Source: Candidatus Bathyarchaeia archaeon
Lineage (GTDB): Archaea > Thermoproteota > Bathyarchaeia > TCS64
Direction of reading: 5' to 3'
DNA: 22,452 nt
Assembly: GCA_050014495.1 (NCBI GenBank)
Contig: JBEKDF010000041.1
Location: forward strand, 1 to 22,452
The translations under genes were made by a program, and so were the position numbers. Positions 15,943 through 22,452 of this stretch are shown here, piece after piece (within the stretch, counting starts at the first letter, position 1; the number at the start of each line of letters is the position of its first letter). The notes beneath the pieces were generated by a model. The model ran no database searches. It had not been told where the DNA came from and worked only from the letters and a program-made list of their open reading frames with translations.

Positions 15943-16596
15943 CTAGAGTGCCAAGATGCGGACTAAATCACTTGCATCATGGACCTTGTCACCTAGACGC
16001 TCAAGCTCGCGTGCCACATCCCTCATGATTAGAATGGAGGCCAATTCGCCTTTGCCCGTGACTATATCCAAATCTAATTTGATATAAAGTAGGTCGAGCT
16101 TCTTCTCTATCTCGTCGATGTCTCTTGCGAAGTTCGTGGCTTTCTCGCTATTGAAGCCGAGGCTCATTATACTATCCCTCAGCTTAACGAGGGCGTCGAA
16201 ACCTAGGTCAGACATGGTCCCCATACTTTCCGCTTGAGTGTCATTCAATTTCCAACCTCTGGCCTCGACCTCGACGAGCCTCATAGTGTTGACCTCAATG
16301 GAGTCCATCATCCCAGAGAAGCTACTAGAGAGGCGCAGGAAATCGTCCCTACTAACAAGTATTCCTCCAATCTCTCCCAGCTCTTTGATTGTGGAGGTCT
16401 TAACCCTGTTTGAATCCTCTATTATCTTTTGAATATCTGCAAGCGGGTCACTGCTTCCCATTGGCTTTCCCTTTGTCAAACGGTCGAAGGTAATTAGGGA
16501 CTTGCGATAGGCTTCGACCACGAGGCGAGCATTATCCTGACAGAGCATCAATAAGTTACGAAGTGTCCTGTCTTCACTCTCTATAGGGAATACCAT
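15943..16596 (-). CDS. DUF47 / PhoU-like phosphate transport regulator
   Basis: Duplicated helical bundle with SRDDFLRL, IDEIEKKLD and LERLGDKVHDASD. Abuts the endA start. Confidence 0.8.
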   Translation of the reverse strand: MVFPIESEDRTLRNLLMLCQDNARLVVEAYRKSLITFDRLTKGKPMGSSDPLADIQKIIEDSNRVKTSTIKELGEIGGILVSRDDFLRLSSSFSGMMDSIEVNTMRLVEVEARGWKLNDTQAESMGTMSDLGFDALVKLRDSIMSLGFNSEKATNFARDIDEIEKKLDLLYIKLDLDIVTGKGELASILIMRDVARELERLGDKVHDASDLVRILAL

Positions 16597-16749
16597 GGAA
16601 AATACACCCTTAAACTGTCCACTATACTTAATAGCGGCTGCTGTTTAAAATTGTGATGCCTAGTAGTTTGGGGAAACTCTTATAATAATTACTTAAATTC
16701 CATTTTCTACACTTGAAAAATATAAAAAGAGTGAAATGGGTCCAAATAT

Positions 16750-16971
16750 TTATTTCTTTTTCTTGTCTTTGTCGCTGAGCCACCACTCTAAGTAATCATC
16801 ATGTCTCTGGCGCGTCTTCTCATCGTCAGTCATCTCGCGCTCATACTTCTTATCCATCGCATCGCTTAACTGAGCCTCATTTAGTGTGACGCCACAGCTA
16901 GAACAACTATAATGTTTGAGTTTCCGGTCCCAATTCAACTTTCCTCCACAGTCTGGGCAATATGGTGACAT
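16750..16971 (-). CDS. Small zinc-ribbon protein
   Basis: CPDCGG...YSCSSCG Zn ribbon followed by a helical tail 'HDDYLEWWLS'. Confidence 0.8.
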   Translation of the reverse strand: MSPYCPDCGGKLNWDRKLKHYSCSSCGVTLNEAQLSDAMDKKYEREMTDDEKTRQRHDDYLEWWLSDKDKKKK

Positions 16972-17038
16972 TCTCCGGTATCTCCAACCTCGTTACGCTT
17001 GTCTCAAGCGTATTTCGTCCCAGTATTTAGTGGGCTAT

Positions 17039-17073
17039 GGTTTAAACCCTTCTCAGATCTGATTATGTTTATA
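17039..17073. promoter_or_regulatory. Divergent promoter region (TATA boxes)
   Basis: Palindromic GGTTTAAACC at 17039-17048, and TTTATA at 17068-17073, 26-31 nt before ATG 17099. Confidence 0.5.
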
Positions 17074-17098
17074 GAACGCTTGGGATTGAGAGTCACAT

Positions 17099-17368
17099 AT
17101 GCTTGTTAGGGTCAGGTTACTCGGGTCACTGAGGCCACCCGGAATACCTAAGGAGATAGAAGTAGAAATACCAGCTGACTCGAAAATTGCTTCATTAATT
17201 GAAGAACTCTCCCGATTGTACCCTGAAATTGCCTCCTCACTCATTAACTCATCCACGGTTAATTTAATAATGCTCGAGGGAATCGAAGTAGGAAACTTAG
17301 AGGGATTAGATACTTTCCTAGATCAAAACGCGACAGTAATTATTGTTCCTGTCACACATGGAGGCTGA
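17099..17368 (+). CDS. Ubiquitin-like sulfur carrier (MoaD/ThiS/SAMP/Urm1 family)
   Basis: 89 aa with a beta-grasp pattern and C-terminal ...VPVTHGG. Directly upstream of TtuA. Confidence 0.92.
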   Translation: MLVRVRLLGSLRPPGIPKEIEVEIPADSKIASLIEELSRLYPEIASSLINSSTVNLIMLEGIEVGNLEGLDTFLDQNATVIIVPVTHGG

Positions 17369-17371
17369 GCT

Positions 17372-18286
17372 GTGAAACCACTAATCTGCACAAAGTGTCA
17401 TGAACGGCCATCGATTTATCACAGGGCCTACAGTGGAGAGAGGCTATGCTCAACATGCTTCAAGGCGAGCCTTAGGGAACGGGTACAAGGGGCGATAAAT
17501 AGATTCAATATGCTCGATCACTGGAGCAGAGTCGCTGTCGGCGTCAGCGGTGGTAAGGATAGTCTCACACTCCTTCACATACTAAAAAGGATCGAGAATG
17601 AGACTCATGGCTCCGAGATCATTGCTATCACCATAGACGAGGGAATAAAGGGGTATAGGGACGAATCCTTAGGAATAGTCGAGCGCAGCTGCAAGAAGAT
17701 AGGCGTCGAATGGCTAAGCATAAGCTTCGACGACTTATTTGGATATACTATGGATGAGATAGCCTCATCGGAAAGGAGGTTGGGTGCGTGCAGCTTCTGT
17801 GGGGTCCTCAGGCGCCGCGCACTCAATGAGGCAGCGAAGAGTGTCAATGCGGACAGGCTCGCTACCGGTCACACTCTCGACGACATGGCGCAGTCTGCTC
17901 TTCTCAATCTCCTCCGAGGAGATACAGGCAAGATGGCGAGTCTACACCCCGGTGGCTTTAGAAACCCCGGATTTGTCAGGCGCATCAAGCCCCTCTGCGA
18001 GGTTCCCGAGAAAGAGACTACCCTATACTCATTCCTTGAGGACTTCGAATTACAATCAATCTCTTGCCCATACGCAGGTGAGGCGATGAGAGGAGACGCC
18101 CGCGCCTTCCTCGGTAACATGGAGACCAGACGCCCTGGCACACTCTTCACCACATATCAAACCGCCCTCAAACTAATGCCTGAGGCAAAAACAGCGGAAA
18201 TTATGAAAACATGCAGAATATGCGGCGAACCCTCTTCAGGGGATACCTGCAGAGTCTGTCAACTCCTAGAGGAAACAAAACTGTAA
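17372..18286 (+). CDS. tRNA 2-thiolation protein TtuA/Ncs6 (TIGR00269 family)
   Basis: N- and C-terminal Zn fingers, PP-loop SGGKDS, CSFCGVLRR, ATGHTLDD, RIKPL and CPY. Confidence 0.94.
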   Translation: MKPLICTKCHERPSIYHRAYSGERLCSTCFKASLRERVQGAINRFNMLDHWSRVAVGVSGGKDSLTLLHILKRIENETHGSEIIAITIDEGIKGYRDESLGIVERSCKKIGVEWLSISFDDLFGYTMDEIASSERRLGACSFCGVLRRRALNEAAKSVNADRLATGHTLDDMAQSALLNLLRGDTGKMASLHPGGFRNPGFVRRIKPLCEVPEKETTLYSFLEDFELQSISCPYAGEAMRGDARAFLGNMETRRPGTLFTTYQTALKLMPEAKTAEIMKTCRICGEPSSGDTCRVCQLLEETKL

Positions 18287-18393
18287 TAAAATAGATTTAT
18301 TAAATCAATATCAGTCCAAACTCATCAAAGCTCATACTGAGCCAGAGATCCTAAAAACTGTACACCACATATATACACCCAAAGGGTGAAAAC

Positions 18394-19776
18394 GTGACCA
18401 GCATACTCATCAAGAACGCCTTCGTGGCCACGATGGACAATGAGAGACATGTCTACTCTCAGGGAGAGGTCCTCATCGAAGACGACTATATTGCGGAAGT
18501 TGGCAAGAAGGTAAAGCCACCCAGGAGCCCTGAGTATATTCTCGATGCATCAAACAAAGTAGTTATGCCGGGATTCATCAACGCCCATACGCATCTTCAG
18601 CAATACTTCCGAGGAGTCTATGAATTAATGGGAGATTTCTTCGAAACGAACTTGCCTCTCGAAGGATACCGCCGCGAGGAGCAGATGGACACTCTTGGAG
18701 CTTCAAGCTGTGCAGAGCTTATCTATGGCGGCTGTACGACGAGCGTTCTCATTTACACTTACCCGGACGGTTGGGCGAAAGCTGTCAATCAAGCGGGTAA
18801 CCGCTGTTTAATCGCTGGAGATATAGAGCATGTCGACCTCGAGAAACTCAAAGGTGGAGTCTTCGAGTACCTCCCCGAGAAGCGCGACAAAGCAATCAGG
18901 CGCGCCACCGACCTCTACGAGAATTGGCACGGCAAGGCAGAAGGTAGGATAACAATCATGATGTGTCCCAAGGCCCCCGACATGGCTGAGCCCGAGGTTT
19001 ACCAAAAATGCAAGGACTTCGCTGACAAACACAATCTGCGCATGACCACTCACCTCAGCCAAAGTATGCGCGAGTATCGGCAGGTTATGAAGCTCTATGG
19101 CAAGACCCCACCCCAACACCTCTATGATCTCGGCGTCATGGATGAGAAGTTAAGTGGAGCACATCTCACATACGCAACCGAAAAAGACATAGAACTCGTA
19201 CAGAAAACTGGTATGGCGATCCTACATTGCCACGCAGTGGAGAACCCCCTAAACAATTGGATCGATCGCGGCATACCAGTAGGTTTCGGAACAGACGACT
19301 ACTTTCATAATATGAACGACTTACTACGAGAGATACATCAAGGACAAATGACCCGCTCAAGACTCGTGGGAGGCGCAGAAGGCATGATTAATGACAGCCG
19401 CAGAACAGCCCGACCGACCTTCTATGAGCTACTTGAACGAGCAACTATAGGCGGAGCGAAAGCACTAAAAATTGAGGAACATGTTGGTAGCATCGAACCA
19501 GGCAAGAAAGCAGACATTATCACGATTAACATGCTAAATCCATACCTGACCCCAACCCGTGAGCCCCTAACTAGCATCTTCCTTTACGCCAACCCAGGAG
19601 ACATCGACAATGTCATTTGTGACGGCAAGTGGCTCAAAAAGGACGGTGACATGCAGACAATTGACCTAAACAAAGCCCTGACCTCCGCACAAAAGACCTG
19701 TGACTCGATCATCACCAAGTTCTTTGAGGAGCACCCAGCCCAGCAGAAAATTTGGCAGGACAAGATTCCGTACTAA
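18394..19776 (+). CDS. Amidohydrolase family protein (MtaD/AtzA/SsnA-like)
   Basis: MPGFINAHTH, THLSQ, GAH, GFGTD and GSIEPGKKADI motifs. GGTGA RBS before the GTG. Confidence 0.92.
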   Translation: MTSILIKNAFVATMDNERHVYSQGEVLIEDDYIAEVGKKVKPPRSPEYILDASNKVVMPGFINAHTHLQQYFRGVYELMGDFFETNLPLEGYRREEQMDTLGASSCAELIYGGCTTSVLIYTYPDGWAKAVNQAGNRCLIAGDIEHVDLEKLKGGVFEYLPEKRDKAIRRATDLYENWHGKAEGRITIMMCPKAPDMAEPEVYQKCKDFADKHNLRMTTHLSQSMREYRQVMKLYGKTPPQHLYDLGVMDEKLSGAHLTYATEKDIELVQKTGMAILHCHAVENPLNNWIDRGIPVGFGTDDYFHNMNDLLREIHQGQMTRSRLVGGAEGMINDSRRTARPTFYELLERATIGGAKALKIEEHVGSIEPGKKADIITINMLNPYLTPTREPLTSIFLYANPGDIDNVICDGKWLKKDGDMQTIDLNKALTSAQKTCDSIITKFFEEHPAQQKIWQDKIPY

Positions 19777-19786
19777 AAGAAGAAGT

Positions 19787-21427
19787 TCACACGCTGTAGA
19801 CTACCTTCCCGCCGACAATAGTTGTAAGAACCTTCACTTCTTTGATCTCATCACTGGGGATCGAAAGTATGTCCCGGTCCAAAACGATAAGGTCAGCAAG
19901 CTTCCCAGCTTCGATGCTACCCTTCATATCCTCCTCCTTGGAGAGGTAGGCTCCATTCAGAGTGTAAACTCTGATCGCGTCCAATACACTGATGGCCTCC
20001 TCAGGACCAACGACCTGACCGCTGCTCGTTTTCCTCGTCACAGCCGAATAAATCTGCGTCCACGGGCTATAGAAGGTAACCGGGCAGTCACTGTTCCCAC
20101 CCGCGATAATCCCCATCTCCTTCATCGTTTTATGTGGATGAAGCCACCGCGACCTCTTAGGACCAAAGTTTTCAGCATATTGATCCCCGAGACCGTACAT
20201 GTATCCAATACTGCTAGATGGGACGACGCCTAGCTTCTTTATTCTCCTCAGTTGCTTTGGCGTACAGCAACTATTATGCTCGATGCGGTGGCGCATATCC
20301 TTTACAGGCTTCGCCTTCTGAGCCTTCTCGAAGCAGTCGAGAGCTATGTCAATACCCCTGTCACCAATGCTATGGATGCTCACACGTAACCCAGCCTCAT
20401 GGGCAGCAAGTACAATCCTCTCCATATCCTCAGGACTCGTCGTCATCAAACCGAGTCCCTTAGGGCCCCTATTTTGTGGCGTATATACACCAGCTGTCCC
20501 TCCCGCGCCTGACCCATCTCCCATAATCTTCAAGGACATGATGCGCAGCCACTCGTCCCCGAATCCACTTTCTATACCAAGCGAAGACATTGCACTTAAC
20601 ATATCTTCAGTGCCTGCATGCCATGGTCTCAAACTCACCATAAGGCTCACGCGAACCTTCCTAACACCTTCTGCTAGTAATTCTTGATACCCACGTATAC
20701 CAAGCATCTGTCCACTCGCGTCGTGAGTTGATGTAATGCCCCACTCCGTGAACTGATCCCAGAGCTGCCCAAGTCCCTTTTTAACCTGTTCGACGGTGTA
20801 CTCGGGGACCTTGTCTGAGACGAGCTTCGTTGCAGTCTCATAGAGTAACCCATTAGCCTCCCCATCGGTGTCACGGTCAATCTTACCACCAGCAGGGTCA
20901 GGTGTACTCCTCGTTATCCCAGCGATATCTAGGGCCCTCGAGTTTACAACTGCCTGGTGACCTGTGTCAGAGACGATATAAACAGGGTTATCTGGGGCAG
21001 CCTCATCTAGCTCTTTCCTAGTGATCTGCCTCCTCTCAACGAGCTTAGAATCATTATAACCACTCCCACGCACCCACTTCCCCAGGCCTAAAGACTTTGC
21101 TTTCTTGGCCACCGCGGATTGAATATCCATAATTCCTTTAATCTCCTCGCCACGGCAGTTGATCTCGAGGAAGTTCATCGCCGCGTTATGAGGGTGAGTA
21201 TGAGAATCGATTATGCCGGGAAGAACTAATTTCCCCTTCAGATCAATGATCTTCGCACCCTTAGCGGCAAGCTTCTTCAATTCAATGCTCTTACCCACAG
21301 CTATGATCCGGTCGCCCCTGATGGCGACGGCTTCAACTATCGAGTCTTTAGGGTCAACAGTAATGATTTTACCGTTTAAAAGTAGCAAATCTGCTCCCAA
21401 TAAATCCACCAAGCCCATGAAAGTCAC
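19787..21427 (-). CDS. Amidohydrolase_3 (YtcJ-like) metal-dependent hydrolase
   Basis: PGIIDSHTH, KIMGDG, HSIGDRG, HRIEH, GNSDCPV and GSIEAGKLADL. Start is GTG 21427 or ATG 21418. Confidence 0.94.
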   Translation of the reverse strand: MTFMGLVDLLGADLLLLNGKIITVDPKDSIVEAVAIRGDRIIAVGKSIELKKLAAKGAKIIDLKGKLVLPGIIDSHTHPHNAAMNFLEINCRGEEIKGIMDIQSAVAKKAKSLGLGKWVRGSGYNDSKLVERRQITRKELDEAAPDNPVYIVSDTGHQAVVNSRALDIAGITRSTPDPAGGKIDRDTDGEANGLLYETATKLVSDKVPEYTVEQVKKGLGQLWDQFTEWGITSTHDASGQMLGIRGYQELLAEGVRKVRVSLMVSLRPWHAGTEDMLSAMSSLGIESGFGDEWLRIMSLKIMGDGSGAGGTAGVYTPQNRGPKGLGLMTTSPEDMERIVLAAHEAGLRVSIHSIGDRGIDIALDCFEKAQKAKPVKDMRHRIEHNSCCTPKQLRRIKKLGVVPSSSIGYMYGLGDQYAENFGPKRSRWLHPHKTMKEMGIIAGGNSDCPVTFYSPWTQIYSAVTRKTSSGQVVGPEEAISVLDAIRVYTLNGAYLSKEEDMKGSIEAGKLADLIVLDRDILSIPSDEIKEVKVLTTIVGGKVVYSV

Positions 21428-21515
21428 AGCAGGAAGAAGATACTAACGGGATAAAAGACCATTCTCTGAATTGGTAAGATTCTATAAGCAGGAAAAAGAT
21501 AATTCTTTGATCAAT

Positions 21516-21659
21516 ATGGCAAAAGACCCAATCTGCGGTATGATGGTAGACGAGAAGGTTGCGAAATGGATCAGCGAGTATAATGGGAAAAAGTACTATT
21601 TCTGCAACGAGAACTGCAAAACAACCTTCGACAAAAATCCTAAGCGTTTTGCAAAGTGA
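21516..21659 (+). CDS. YHS domain protein
   Basis: MAKDPICGMMVD...YNGKKYYFCNENCKTTF. ATG at 21516. Confidence 0.92.
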   Translation: MAKDPICGMMVDEKVAKWISEYNGKKYYFCNENCKTTFDKNPKRFAK

Positions 21660-21671
21660 AGTTCGTTTAGG

Positions 21672-22452
21672 CTATTTTTTAGCGATCTCTTCGATCGCGG
21701 CTAATAATTTCTCGACCTCCTCCTTGGTGTTATATAGGTAGGAAGAAGCACGGACATTGCCCTCGTTGAGGTTAAATAACTCCTTCATGAGGGGTAGTGC
21801 GCAGTGATGCCCCGAACGGACCGCAATATCAAAATCGTTATCGAGTGTTAGGGCTACATCGACCGGATTCAGGTCTCTAATATTAAAGGTCACTAAACCA
21901 ACTCTTTTCTTCGGATCCGTTGGACCGTACATAGTGACACCATCAATTTCAGATAATCCTTCAACCATCTTCTCTGCGAGAACGTGATCCCACTGGGTAA
22001 TGTTCTCCATACCTACCCTGTTCAGATATCTACACGCCTCCCCGAGGCCGATCACCTGGGCTATAGCTGGTGTACCAGCCTCGAAACGGAGTGGAGGTTC
22101 TGTCAGGGTATAGCTGTCTATGTTAACGTCGGCTATGGTGCCCCCTCCGATGCAGAGCGGTTCAGTCGTGTATAATTCCTCTTCACCTATGTAGAGACCG
22201 CCTACACCTGTTGGTCCCAACATCTTATGACCCGAAAATGCGAGGAAGTCAATTTTATCTCTCTTAACGTCTGTCTTTATATGAGGGACACTCTGGGCAC
22301 CGTCGACCAACATCTTAGCGCCATGCATGTGGGCGATCTCAGCAATCTCCTTCACAGGAACTATGACACCTAGAACATTACTGACGCCGGTTACAGCGAC
22401 TATCCTCGTTTTGTCATCTATAATCTTCTCGAAGTCGTTCAGATCGAAGATG
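21672..22452 (-). CDS. sufS: Cysteine desulfurase, SufS (group II) family; 5' part outside the window
   Basis: DGAQS, PLP lysine motif FSGHKMLGPTG, FEAGT and group-II RSGHHC. The frame stays open to the window end (…KTRIVAVTGVSNVLG…). Confidence 0.93.
   Translation of the reverse strand, partial: IFDLNDFEKIIDDKTRIVAVTGVSNVLGVIVPVKEIAEIAHMHGAKMLVDGAQSVPHIKTDVKRDKIDFLAFSGHKMLGPTGVGGLYIGEEELYTTEPLCIGGGTIADVNIDSYTLTEPPLRFEAGTPAIAQVIGLGEACRYLNRVGMENITQWDHVLAEKMVEGLSEIDGVTMYGPTDPKKRVGLVTFNIRDLNPVDVALTLDNDFDIAVRSGHHCALPLMKELFNLNEGNVRASSYLYNTKEEVEKLLAAIEEIAKK

Overview
Archaeal chromosomal window, most likely Bathyarchaeia. This is an inference from the rfcS-rfcL pair, endA next to DUF47, TtuA plus a ubiquitin-like sulfur carrier, and leaderless TATA promoters. 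It holds about 22 ordinary genes: a MacB/FtsX-type ABC module, amino-acid/peptide-scavenging enzymes (M20 peptidase, MFS transporter, racemase, Ntn-asparaginase, GNATs, two amidohydrolases), clamp loader RFC, TruD, tRNA splicing endonuclease, tRNA thiolation genes, a YHS protein and a partial SufS. I saw no rRNA, tRNA, CRISPR array, transposase or integrase. The unusual signals lie mostly in 3.3-6.4 kb. (1) Self-complementary (GC)n tracts of 9-10 nt sit at apparent breakpoints: an in-frame internal deletion in the MFS gene, the lost 5' end of that gene, and the edges of AT-rich patches. This suggests a DNA end-joining process that leaves (GC)n scars, or an assembly/amplification artefact. (2) A ~400 bp non-coding element carries GTCCA-type motifs on the left and inverted TGGAC-type motifs on the right of central hairpins, resembling a mobile-element replication origin. 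(3) RfcL carries a ~66 aa insertion with a HARP/DUF5710-like signature.
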